From the NCBI GenBank assembly GCA_951406725.2, contig OX597829.1, positions 31,806,001 to 31,870,000 of the forward strand: a DNA stretch of 64,000 nt, in the 5' to 3' direction. Under the pieces are notes generated by a model that searched no databases, was not told the DNA's origin, and saw only the letters and a program-made list of their open reading frames with translations. Made by a program: the position numbers and the translations under genes. Shown piece by piece: positions 40,652-53,071 of this stretch (position 1 is the stretch's first letter; every line of letters begins with the position of its first letter). Source of the stretch: Octopus vulgaris (Eukaryota).

Positions 40652-42930
40652 TTACAAATACAAACCATTACTGATGTATTTGTAACAATTTTTATACAGA
40701 AAACAAAATTTAATTTCTTTATAATTTAATGTTTCAATGCAAAGCCAAAATCTACTGCTATCAAATGAGCAAGTCATACTAAGAACTAAAGAATTAATTT
40801 TATAGCAGTTGAATATGAACACTATATAAAAATTAAAACTTATTTAAAACTGAATAAAAATGACATAAGATGGCAAATCAGCAAAGTTGTTAGAGACAGA
40901 TTGCTCTGAGTATTTGCTCCAGCTCTTTGTGGGCTAAGCTCACATACTGTTGAGATCATCTTTACCCTTCATCCTTTTGAGGTCAATAAAATATGAATTC
41001 TGTACCAGAGTTCAATTTCTTTCTCTCTCTGAGAGAAGAAACTAGTTGATGTTGACTGAAGAGGGACAGAGTCTACCAGATCTAAAAATGCTCAAAGCAC
41101 AGCACATCACAACAGTACCCCTACAACTTTATTGGGAGTTGAGGGCACAAGGCAAGGTAAAAAATTATATGGTTTGATAACAACATCGCTTATTTCCTTA
41201 TGACTAACTATTTATACCAACATTTTTTTTTTTAAAGTAGAATGCAAGTTGCATTAAAAAACATTACATCACAGCTGCCATTATTATATTCAAGACATAG
41301 CTCCTAGAAATGGCAATTTATAAATATTTTACAAATTAATTTCTTTAGATAAAAAATACTTTAAAGCATAATGTATAGTAATAAAAATGTGATAAATGTG
41401 TAATTTCTATTTAAGACTTTAAAAAATTTTTAGTTTTCAACTTTTATTACAAAACTTTGTCTTTAAAGTTATAAAAATCTTTACATTTTGAGGTGATGTA
41501 GTTAGGATTTGCAAACATTTCTACAACAGATTTCATTCACACACACACACACAGAGGTTTTTTTAAAATGCCTGCAATTCTGTCAAAAGTTTCAAAGTAA
41601 TTGCAACAAGGAATCTAATTTAGCCCAAAACAATATTTAACTACAAAAGTGATCCTTGCATTATATATCTTTCTTCCTAATAAAATATTTAACTATTGAA
41701 ATTGTGAATTAATTCACTCCACACACAATATAAAATTTTATTTCAAAACATTCTGTAAAATATATAAAGCTAGCAGTAAAAACCACACCAAAGCAGACAG
41801 AAGAGCTTGATGCTGTCTTCTAACTTGCCAGTTCTTATTGAACCATCCAACTTATTCCAGCATGAAAAAAACGGACATTAACTGATGATGATGTTTATAA
41901 TCCGTGGCAGACATTTTTTAGATGCAAGGTAGTGTGCCTGATCAAGTAAATTAACCATAGTGTTTAGAGACCAAGTATATTTTTTATGTTAAGATATTAA
42001 CGCTTGTATCTTCTTATATAAATGTAAGAAAGGGAAAACTGCCATGTTTATCAAAGATGCAAAATTGAAGAAACACTAATGTAATAAACAAAAAAATAAC
42101 ACAACCACTGATTAAACAATCAATTCTAAAGAACCGTAAAACATCATAAGATCTATAAAACTTATTGCCTGTTAATTATTAATGCTTCATATAGAGGAAA
42201 ATACCAAAATTGAAAGCTGACAAGTTCCTGAGGATATTAAATGCAAACAATCATAATATCTGGCAGATGTTACAGAATTATTAACATCTGAATAATTTAC
42301 ACACGTACAATGTAGGGTAAAAGGGATCCTAGACTTGTCTTGTTGAAGACATGGCAATCCTTCTAGTACTGATACCACAATAAAATATACTCAGTTCACT
42401 CTGTAAAATGGATATTAGGAAAGACAACTAGACAGAGATATGCCAAAAATAAATGTATTAGCAAGTTGTGGTCCCATAACTCGTGTAAGCACACTAGCTT
42501 TGGATAAGAATAAATTTGAACTTGGACGACCTTTCTGTCCTCTGCCAACATAGGATGCAGACATAAAATGATGCTGATACACATTGCTCAACAGAAAACA
42601 AAATTGAAAAAAAAAAAAACAAATCTGACCCCTTACTCACAAATAAATTGAATAAGATCATTAATGAAAATGCAGGGAGATGTAAATAACTGATATCATA
42701 ACAGGAAATATAGTTCAATTCTTAACAGGTACTGATGGCTATGTGGAAAAGAAGTTTGCTTTGCATCTATATGTTCCGAGTTCAGTTTTATTGCATGGTA
42801 CCTTGAGCAAGTTTTCTACCTGGGTAGACCAATATTGTGAGTGGATTTTTTCTGAATGACTAGGATAAAGGATCATTATCATTATACCTAGATATATTCA
42901 GACAATCTTTCTCATTTTAGTTGTTATAGT

Positions 42931-42970
42931 TATGTTTCAGCTGGTGTACCCTCTGGCCTTTCATCAGAGG
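42931..42970 (-). ncRNA. Degenerate hammerhead ribozyme-like motif
   Basis: Minus strand CTGATGA AAGGCCAG agggtaca CCAGCT GAAAC ATA; same stem II/loop family as 46968-47013 but pairing is imperfect. Confidence 0.45.
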
Positions 42971-44161
42971 CCTGTCATATTTGGTTATATTTTTGAAGTT
43001 TTTAACTTAACTTTTTAAGTCTATAAAACATCATGGCAAAATTGAAAAGCTTCAGGGACATGTTTCCCAAACAAAGATTCCATCAAAAGAGACCATAATC
43101 AAGAACTGTGTGTATTTTGTCCCATGAAGGAATGACTATAAAGGTGAGAGCAGCTGTCCATTAAAAGTAAAGCTAGATGCAGAGCATCATAAAACTACAA
43201 TCCGCAGGAAAACATAAATTAGACATAGTTCACCATTTGAGAAAGAAAAAGAGAACTCACCAATCTTAGAATAAAGTTAAGAGAATAGATAGGGAACACA
43301 CTGGGATGCTGGATTTCTACAATCATAAGTAGGCCTAGCATGCAGGAGGCTTTAATTTTATCAAGATGAAAAGTTCAGTTTAAAGTTCCTAATTTCCATC
43401 AATCAATCTGTCCTAAGACACAAAGGGATCTAAGGATGTCAAATATTTGTGTTTTGAAACAACTCCACAATTTCTTAACAAAATCTGATCAAAGTTATCT
43501 TACAATCTAAATTTGTCCCGAAACAATGCACAAAGATAAGCTGGGTATATGGTTACCCTGGTGCAATATCTGTGCACTTCATCATGTGCTTGCTTAACCC
43601 TCATGATATAAGTTTCTTTTATATATAAGTTTTTTTAGATATAAGTTACAATTTATGCTCCAAAAGACCAGCTTTGTAATAACAAAGCTGTTTTATATAC
43701 TAAATTCTTATTTTCAAAATAATTGAAAAAATAATGTATTTCAATAGAAATTTGGTAACAAAGCAGTTAAACCAAAGACACACACTCACACAGTGATATA
43801 CTTTAAGTTAACCAGCTGTTACTATGACAACTGTTATTGATGTCAGTCATTATGTATAGTCTTTCAGTTCCTATGTTTCCAATGAATGCTTCATTATACA
43901 CACGAGAGAGAGACCACCCTCTGGGTGATTTTCTGCTAGTTGCTAAATATTTGATCCCCAATTTGTGTAATGTTTGATATGTTACTTCTAATTTCAATTT
44001 GCATCTTCTTATTAGAGATGGTAAATTATTTTTTATATTACTGTTTTCCATATGAACTATGATAGCCCAAAAAGTAAAGGCTACAGCAAAAGAATTAACT
44101 ATTAGAAAGAGAGAGAGGCTGGGGAGAGAGAGAGAGAGAGAGAGTAAGACTGCTTCTCAGT

Positions 44162-44390
44162 TTAACTTTTTTGATATCAAACTGCCTGAGGCCAATCTTG
44201 GTTCTATAACATAAACTTCCTGTTTTAAAGTGATCTAAATTAAAACCTTCTATTAAAATTTCTTATTAATTGATGTTCTATATTTCAGCTTAATTATGAC
44301 AATATTATTGTACAAATTCTTCATTATTTTCAAAATTAATTGAAACAAAGGTAGTATATTTTAACAGAAACACGATAACAAAAGGGTTAA
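44162..44390. mobile_element. piggyBac-like MITE (family 2)
   Basis: TTAA at both ends, ttaactttttgatatc...gataacaaaagggttaa; fragments also near 15190-15342, 32880, 33644, 35654 and 43670-43770. Confidence 0.6.
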
Positions 44391-45763
44391 TATTTCTAAA
44401 ATAAAGTCAACAGTGAATTAGAATTAATCATTTGTTTGAAAAGAACTTACAAACCACATTTTCATTTTAAAAAATGTCAAAAATTTTCCAGACAATGGAG
44501 AATTTAATAATATTCTTTTAGTAAAAGTTATATAATTCCAACAAATTAATAAACAACTTTCTTAATTATAGAGCAGATGATTGTCTTTCTTATACTGTGT
44601 TGCAATTATAAAAACTTGCTAAAACTCAAGTTTAAAAAAAAATATTTCTAAGTTTTTGGCAAACTGAGGGCAATGGCTATACATGGAATAACTTCATGAA
44701 CGCTGTATTTTAATGAAATTTTAAAGAGATGTGAACTAAAGAAATGATAACAAAAGCAGGGTAACAATAAAGTGCACAATAATGAAAGTTGTGTTCCCTT
44801 TTTCATTTTTAATACAAGATAACATCACTAAGTTAAACCATTTAAATTTCAAAAATGTTTGTGTATTTGGAATCCTAATAATTGTTTCCAATGTTGGTGC
44901 AAAGCCAGCAGAGTTTGGGGGCAGGGCAAGTTGATTACATCAACCCTCCCTGAGGGATGAAAGGTCAAATTGACCTCAGCAGGATTTGAACTCAGAATGC
45001 AAAGTGCCAGAAGAAATGCCATGAAGCATTTTGTCTGACATTTCTGCAGGCACATTTGCTTTATTTGATGATCCTAATAAATAACAGGTAATTCTGTTAG
45101 CTGATTAAGTATCAGGTGAAGTAGTTCAACCCCAGCAACAGTTGAGCAATATAACCTGGTTCAAACAGAATAAGCAGGTAACATCACAAGTGGAACAACA
45201 AAAAGAAAACAAAAATCTCAGCCAAAAATGGTCAATGGAAAAAGAACAATCTGCCTCCATGGAATTAATAAAAGATTCAGTTTGAAATTCTGAGAATGCT
45301 ACTAAATGCACCCAGCCAAAGCATACAATAGCCAAAACTTTGTAACTAACAAACAAAATGAGAACACCGTTCCAAATATAATTGGTGTATAAGTTTGCAA
45401 ATGAAATTTAGTAAATGAAAATTGCAGAAATTTGTGTATATATGTGGTAAGTCTATATAAGTTGCTCTCTTTATTATCTTCTCATTCTTTGTCCTATTCC
45501 TAATACCATGTTGCCAGCATAATGAAGGATGGTATTTCATCTGTCCATATTCAATTGCTCCACTACCACCATCTCTCTTGCACCATAACCCCACTATCAT
45601 AGCTATCCTTCTACTCTTTACAATCAAGACACTTGGATTACAATAGATGACATCATATATGTCCATGCTCAGTGCTGCTTACTATCACCCTTCTTTTCTG
45701 CTAATCATTATTTTCTCTCTGCTTCATGACATCTGACACTCACTCACCATTGCCTATTTGTTT

Positions 45764-46390
45764 TATGAGGGTGGGCTGAAAAATTCATTGGCTGACACTG
45801 ATGTCAGGGTTCTGAAATCTTGCACACATTAATTTCAACCCTTCTTATTAATACCTGCATTCTTTATTTCAGGTACTTCAAAAGTAACTAGTAGTGACTT
45901 CACTTGAAAATGGACAAAATGTGGCACTGTGGTGTTATCAAGAACCCGCAGAAAAAGGTTTTAGCCCCCAAAGACATTGATGCTAACATGGTTGCTATAT
46001 TAGGGGATGATCAATGTTCTAGTTTTATCAACAATGCAAAAGTGGGCAAGTGAATTCAAGAAGAGTAGGGAGAGTCTTGAAGGTAACTTAAAGCCTGGAC
46101 ATCATGCAACTGCTACCACTGAGGAAAGCATCAATCATCTTCACCACATGGTGATGGATGACAGGTGACTATAAATCTAATAGCCAATGCTATTAGCATA
46201 TTCCATGAGAGAGTTGAGAATATTGATGAAGGTCTCTGCTCGGTGGGTGCCACATCTAATACCTGATCAAAAGCACACCTGGCCAATCACATCACAGGAA
46301 AATATGACATTGTTTCAGGTAGATCCAGCTGTTTCCTTGGTATATTTTCTAAATCACAATGAGTGTTGAGTTCATCACTTTGAGTAAGAG
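45764..46390 (+). mobile_element. Mariner transposon 5' half (pseudogenised transposase)
   Basis: TA-TGAGGGTGGGCTGAAAAATTCA TIR; from ATG 45910 MDKMWHCGVIK..KWASEFKKSRESLE..MVMDDR*..MKVSARWVPHL (WVPHEL-type motif); followed by a SINE at 46395. Confidence 0.88.
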
Positions 46391-46394
46391 ACAA

Positions 46395-46565
46395 AAAGCC
46401 AAACTGCTAAGTTATGGAGACATAAACAACCCAACACCAGTTGTCAAGCAATGGTGGTGGTGGTGGTGGGGGGACAAGCACAGACACACACACAAATATG
46501 TACATATGACGAGCTTATTTCAGTTTCCGTCTACCAAATCCACTCACAAGGATTTGGTTGGTCCG
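46395..46565 (-). mobile_element. SINE family A fragment
   Basis: gccaaactgctaagttatgg...ttcagtttccgtctaccaaatccactcacaagg. Confidence 0.75.
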
Positions 46566-46689
46566 AGATTCATATAAAAATGATTATAATCCACATTAAC
46601 CATCTAATTCCATTTATGAAAAATATGATTGAATTTGTTGAACTTTACATTATTTACATTTGACAGATATTTGTCCTCATCTTGTTTGT

Positions 46690-46734
46690 TAACACGTTTC
46701 AGCTGGATATACTCTCCAGCCTTCTTCAGGTGTC
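46690..46734 (-). ncRNA. Minimal type I hammerhead ribozyme motif (left arm; cleavage triplet deleted)
   Basis: GACAC CTGAAGA A GGCTGGA-gagtata-TCCAGCT GAAAC GTGTT; 7-bp stem II, but 3 nt missing relative to the right arm. Confidence 0.55.
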
Positions 46735-46967
46735 TTTGGGAAATTTTGAACCTGGGTTCTCATTCCTAAGGTATTTTTCGATGTTGTTGTTATTGTTATT
46801 GTTCAGGTCACTGCTTGGAATCGAACTCAGAATCTTGGGGTTAGTAGCCCGTGCTCTTAACCACTATGCCATATGTCCGTGAGCATATGGCGTAGTGGTT
46901 ATATAATAATAATAACAACATCGAAAAATACCTTAGGAATGAGAACCCAGGTTCGAAATTTCCCCAA

Positions 46968-47013
46968 GGCACCTGAAGAAGGCTGGAGAATATATCAGCT
47001 GAAATGTTGTGTT
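46968..47013 (+). ncRNA. Minimal type I hammerhead ribozyme motif (right arm)
   Basis: GGCAC CTGAAGA A GGCTGG-agaatata-TCAGCT GAAA TGTT GTGTT: stem I, CUGANGA, stem II, GAAA, loopless stem III, GUU. Confidence 0.65.
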
Positions 47014-47881
47014 AACAACAAACAAGGTGAGGACTAATATCTATCAAATGTAAATAATGTACATAATTCCTCATCTCTTAAATATAGAAATGTATTTGTT
47101 GAACTTTGTTTTATAAGATGAATCATATACTTAATACACACACACAAACACAGTGAGCGAGCAGGTGCAATTGATACATACATTCATATATATATATACA
47201 CACAAATGCATGTCTACCAAATTCATTCATAAGTCTTTGGTAGGCTGAGGCTATAGTAGAAGACATTTGTCCAAGATGAGGAAGCAAGTGAAATAAATCT
47301 ACATACATAATTATTCTGTTGACCTATGAAACAAAATCTATAATTGCTACTTCCAAAGAGAAGAACTGAAATTTGCAACTAAGTAGAGTAACTTAGTGAA
47401 TGCAGACTGAAAATCACTACATTTCTTTTGAAAGGTAACAGGCTGAAATATCAGGAGTCAGCGATTAATATAGACATGAAGACTATATCTTCAGGAATTA
47501 ATGATGATGGCAACATATCTGAGTGAGTACAAACCGATAGCACAGGATTTTCTAATGTCAACTCTTGTTGCATGATTTGAACAGTTTCTTTTTAACATAT
47601 ATTTCAAAATAAGCTGTTGCAGCATGTTAATGTGGCCTGGGATACACCATGTCTGAGAAATAAAAGATGGCCAGGGAATACTTCTAATTATTGGTCTGAT
47701 ATAGCAAAGCTGACCTGGAACCAAACAGTAACAACAAAGTGTGTGTGTGTGTGTGCATGTGTGTGTGTGCGTGTGTGTGTGTATGCATGCATGCACACAC
47801 ACATGCTGCTGTGACGCAATATGCAAAAGACAACACTTGATTTATAGCGGATACAAACTTTGTTCTTGAAATTAACAGCAA

Positions 47882-48078
47882 CATCATCATCGTTTAACAT
47901 CCGCTTTCCATGCTAGCATGGGTTGGAGGATTTGACTAAGGACTGGCGAACCGGATGGCTGCACCAGGCTCCAACCTTGATCTGGCAGAGTTTCTACAGC
48001 TGGAAGCCCTTCCTAACACCAACCACTCCAAGAGTGTAGTGGGTGCTTTTACGTGCCACCGGCATGAGGGCCAGTCAG
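47882..48078 (-). mobile_element. RTE tail copy
   Basis: catcatcatcgtttaacatccgctttccatgctagcatggg...gcttttacgtgccaccggca. Confidence 0.85.
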
Positions 48079-48458
48079 TTGTCCCTGTTTCAACTACTAC
48101 ACGTTTCGAAGGCAAGGACAAGACACAACTTCATTGAAACAGTCCTTCCCGCAAAGCAAATTAAATAAAATTTGGGATTTTTTGCGGAGGGTGAAAGTGG
48201 TAACAAGAACAGGACAGCGAGAACAAAACAGTAAAAAAAAAATGGTGAGGGCTGTTAAGTCAAGATGATAGAAATATTATTATGAACACTAGGAAGACGA
48301 GTTTATGATGGAGGCAATATAAGCACGTTTAGTCTATACAAAGGTTGTGGGTAGCAAGGTAGATTCTCTTTCGTCACGTGTCAGCGACGAGAGTTGAGGA
48401 GGAGAGAGAGAGAGTGGGAAAGGGGAGATGCATCCTTTCCAAGTATATATATATATAT

Positions 48459-48492
<34 letters not shown>

Positions 48493-48865
48493 TATATATA
48501 TATATGTATATACATATACGTATATACATACTTGTATGTATATATACATATATAACAAAATAATATATAAACATATGCATATATACATACATATATGTAC
48601 ATACCTACATCTATATGTATATAAACATGCATATATGGGTACAGGACACCAAAAAGACATTAAGACAATGAGAAATGAAAACATAAAAACAAAAACATGG
48701 AAACGGACTTTTTTCAAACAACGAAAAAAACAGAGTACAAGACATACAACACAAGGAATATTCCCCTTCTTCAGTTGTTCCTGTTTCGTCTACTCCATGT
48801 TTCGAAGGTAAGGACAAGACGCGACTTTGTTGAATCAGTCCTTCCCGTAAAGCGAATTAAATAAT
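48075..48865. repeat. Unclassified element with about 95-bp direct terminal repeats
   Basis: cagttgtccctgtttc..gtttcgaaggcaaggacaagac..cagtccttcccgcaaagcaaattaaataa at 48075-48168 recurs at 48772-48863. Confidence 0.65.
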
Positions 48866-49300
48866 ATATATATATATATAGGCACAAGAGTGGCTGTGTG
48901 GTAAGTAGCTTGTTTACCAACCACATGGTACCAAGTTCAGTTCCACTGCATGGCACCATGGACAGTTTCGAAACATTGTTTACAAAATGCAAATTTGCAA
49001 ACACCCAGACGTAAGTTTTGTAAGTGGAATAGAGAGTCCTAACTTCTACCACAGAGATGTGAGAGTCAGATCTCTCCTTTTGAAAACATGAACAGTTTCG
49101 AAACATTGTTTACAAAATAATAGCTGATCGTTTGCGAAGGAGCGTGTCTACAGTCAACACGTAGGTCTTTTGTTCTGGTAACCTCTGCTCTCTCCCATGT
49201 TCACGTACGACCAGCTATATATTGCTATGAGAAGAGCAATGGATTCAGCTAAATTGGAAATTAGTTGTAGAGAAATGGAGAATATCATTTATATTGTGTA

Positions 49301-49341
<41 letters not shown>

Positions 49342-49829
49342 GCAACACACACACACACACACATTGCATACATGTGTTTTGTATGCATACATATTCATGT
49401 GTGTGTGTGACTGAAGCCATTCACACATACATACATAACACCTGTCTGTCTGTTTTTGCCTGTCAATCACTCAGCAAAAAGACAAAATTTTAAAAATCTG
49501 TTATCTCTCTCTCCCTCCCTCCTTCTCTTTACACCTTCGCTAGAAGGGACTTAACTCATGTTTGTATAAACAACGGTGGATTTCGCCGCCGTGAAAATTG
49601 TTAAGTTATTTTTACTGCTATTCGCTGGTGCCTCAGGGGAAAATAATTTGACGAAAATACAGCTAGAGTCGTGACGAATGTCCTCCTAAAATTGGAGCGA
49701 TATGCGTGCTAATTTGTGGAGGTGCATAAATTACATTCATGTACACACACACACACATTTATATATACATATATATATACACACACATACATACATAGAT
49801 ACATACATATATATATATATACATATACA

Positions 49830-50930
49830 TAATAATAGTAGGGAATATAATTTCAAAACTTACTGGATAAAATTCAATTTAACTATTTTAAATCAAATTT
49901 CACAATATATATGTATATAATTTAGAGAAAAACCACTATTAAACAATTCAATAAAGAAAGAAAACATATACTATAAAAAAACCTTATTTTAAATCAATAA
50001 AGTACAATAAATAGTAAATAGTTGTAAAAAGACTACACACGTGTCATGGCTATATTTTCAAATAGATAATGATAAAATCAATTTGCCTTATCATATGAGA
50101 ATAAAATGGAGAGAATCAACCATCTAAATTGAATTGTTTATTATGGTCTTTTAGATACCAAATTAATTTACTAAGCCCTGTACTGTTGCATTTATTACAA
50201 TTCTTTTAGATAACTGAGAAGAAGAACTACCTATATAAAAAAGGACATTGGTACCGGAAGTAATTTTACACTGGTATATAGAGATTTTAGTCTTAGAATT
50301 ACTAGATATAAACTTAATTCTGTTGGAATTGACTTCAGAGATAATCACTATGTTGTTAATATTTCTAGGGGGATGGTTAGTATTAGCTAAATTAATGTTA
50401 TTATTTTCAGTAATTGGATTCTTATTTAACAGGCTAATATTACGTAAAGAGATAATTTGTGAAAGATTTTGTGTTAGAAAAACCAATTCTAACTGTGTGC
50501 AAGTTCATAGAGTAATACCTAGAATTCTTTGGAAACTTCCAAACAATAGCTTCTCAAAACTGGTAAGGAAGATTAGATTTAATATGCCTCCCATAAGGAA
50601 TAACCAACCAAATAGTTTTGCTAGTAGTTGCCTTACTTTTTTAGTGTAACTATCATTAAAAGGCATCAATTTACTTTTAGAATGAAAAAAAAAAGGGGGG
50701 GGGTTAAATAACGGTTATCTCCCTTATGCTGTAAAAAACCTTCCTCTGTTTGGTGTTGGTATCTTAAACCTAAAAGTTTTCATTTTCTCCATTGCTAAAG
50801 GTAGAATAAGATTGAATAGAATTAATATAGCCTACTTTAAGTAAGGCAGAGTTATAAAATTCAGCCTTGTTGTTGAAAATGTCAACATTTTAGAAGTTAT
50901 TTCATCAGAAGTTAGAGTGACAATGGACAA
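49830..50930 (-). mobile_element. Degenerate Penelope-like element (Naiad-like), linker plus GIY-YIG
   Basis: Minus strand: NVDIFNNKAEFYNSALLKVGY...WLVIPYGRHIKSNLPYQF*EAIVWKFPKNSRYY..HTVRIGFSNT...IYQCKITSGTNVLFYIGSSSSQLSKRI. Confidence 0.65.
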
Positions 50931-51729
50931 ATTCATGTTTGATAAGTGCCAATACATGAAACTCTCAGCTTTTGACTTACTCTCTAACTTCTGCTGATGT
51001 TATATATACATGTTACATATATGTGTAAAAAAAATCTCATCACACAATCAAACTAATGAAAGAGCTTCTACTTGGTTGCTTGATGCTAAAAATAGCAGCC
51101 AAAGTATCCCCCTACCTAAATCACATTCCCATTGTACGTAATGTCCTAGAGTATCCCTAAAAAGATGGTTTGCTGAAGACTAGAATGTTTGCAGTATCAG
51201 GGTTTATTTGAGGCTAAATAACAAAAACATCATGGTCAATTTCTATATTGACACCTGCACAATTTTCACTAAGAAAAAAAATTTGATTTCTTGCATGGAA
51301 TCAAGTACCCTGATCTCCTAATACGCTGCAAATCCCTTATTTTGGTTTGGAAAAAAATGAGGTAGTAGCCCCAAAGAATCCCACCCAATCCCAGAATCAT
51401 TGGAAATTTTTTTCATTGAATGAATTCCTGTGACCTCCTAATATTCCAAAATTAGGTTACTTAAGGTGAGCCTGGTATTGTCATTTCTACCTACTTTAGT
51501 TGTTCTTACTCTGTTTTCTCTAATCCGCACATGTTACCTTGCCTCTCTCCCCCTCTCTTTTCCCCTTCTTCCCCCTTTTCTCTCTATTTCTTCCATCTTC
51601 GTCCTTTCTTTCCATTTTTTATTTTCTGCTCCCACCTCTCATATATATTTTCTCTTCTCACGCCTTTTGTTTTTTTCCTCCCCACATCTTTATTTACTCC
51701 CCCCCTTCCTTTCTTTCTCTTCTCATTTT

Positions 51730-52448
51730 ACAATCATGCCCAATTACAAACATTTCTTCCTTGATCTCCACAAACGTCTAAAACAACACCTTTGCACACC
51801 TCCTTTCCACTGCTTTCAGCCTTCTATAAACCATTACCTACTCATTTTCAAAAAACCTAGTTTCTCTAGTCACATTTCGTTTCTCAGTTGCTGCTTACAT
51901 CACCGGCTCATCCCTAAAGGTTTCCTACTCCATTTCCACCCCACTCTCCACTCTGCTACAACCATCCTGCCCATACTCCGTACTACACCCTACCGCTTTA
52001 TGCGTGCCACCATTCGCTCTAATCTCTAAAATACACGCCATCGACCTTCTCTCTCTTGCTTTTTCCATCTTCTCCTCTCAGTCACCCTCCCATGCCAACA
52101 CCACATTACATCTTTCATCAATTTCTCGCTAACACCAAACAACGTAAACTCCACTCACTCCACCATTCCATCACATGCAATGCCACTACCCTTCTCCCTC
52201 CTTGATACACTCCCCCACCCTCACCCAACCCCCACACATAACCCTCATTCCCTCCCTCCCTCCCAGCCTTGTCATCCCCACCACCCCTCCTCCTTCTGCC
52301 CCATCTACTCCTCCTACTTCTATCGCATCCCCCCTCTCCACTTCAGTCTGTTGTTACAGGCATTCTCATCTAAACATCTCCCCAACCGAACTCTTGGCTC
52401 CTCGATGTCTCCGACGGTGCACTGACATCATCATAAAACTGGCCAACG
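51730..52448 (+). mobile_element. Penelope-like element N-terminal/pre-RT fragment
   Basis: SHISFLSCCLHHRLIPKGF and LNISPTELLAPRCLRRCTDIIIKLAN (cf. IIKPADKG); interrupted by an RTE tail; C-rich sequence resumes at 53070-53500. Confidence 0.7.
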
Positions 52449-52595
52449 GAGTGGTTGGCGTTAGGAAGGGCATCCAGCTGCAGAAACACTGTCAGATCAG
52501 ACTGGAGCCTGGTGCAGCCTCCTGGTTTCCCAGACCCCGGTTGAACCGTCCAACCCATGCTAGTATGAAAAAACGGATGTTAAACGATGATGATG
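52447..52595 (+). mobile_element. RTE tail copy
   Basis: cggagtggttggcgttaggaagggcatccagctg...gttaaacgatgatgatg. Confidence 0.85.
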
Positions 52596-52642
52596 AATAT
52601 ATATATAATACATATGTATATAATATATATATATATATATAT

Positions 52643-53012
52643 AGGCGCAGTAGTGGCTGTGTGATAAGTAGCTTCCTTACCAACCACATGGTTCCAGGTT
52701 CAGTCCCACTGCGTGGCACCTTAGGCAAGTGTCTTCTACTTTAGCCTTGGACTGACCAAAGCCTTGTGAGTGGACGGAATTTGAAAGAAGCTCGTCGTAT
52801 ATATGTATATGTCTGTGTGCCTGTGTTTGTCCCCCCCAACATCACTTGACAATCGATGGTGGTGTGTTTACGTCCCCATAAATTAGCGGTACAGCAAAAG
52901 AGCCTGATAGAATAAGTACTAGGCTTACAAAGAATAAGTCCTGGGGTCGATTTCCTCGATTAAAGGCGGTGCCCCAACATGGCCACAGTCAAATGACTGA
53001 AACAAGTAAAAG
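52643..53012 (+). mobile_element. tRNA-derived SINE (family A), full-length
   Basis: Match to 3234-3655; flanked by TA tracts. Confidence 0.9.
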
Positions 53013-53032
53013 AGTATTATATATATATATAC

Positions 53033-53071
<39 letters not shown>

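Larger units (their letters stand above)
46647..47093. mobile_element. Palindromic non-autonomous retroelement: tRNA-like heads plus hammerhead arms, 14-bp TSD
   Basis: Arms 46646-46800 and 46901-47061 are inverted copies; ATTTGTTGAACTTT at 46633-46646 and 47094-47107; central reversed tRNA-like head 46805-46876 and partial forward head 46883-46900. Confidence 0.85.

Noticed and set aside
48961-49118. 27-bp direct repeat acagtttcgaaacattgtttacaaaat
   Set aside because: Short internal duplication in an unclassified repeat; no further structure seen.
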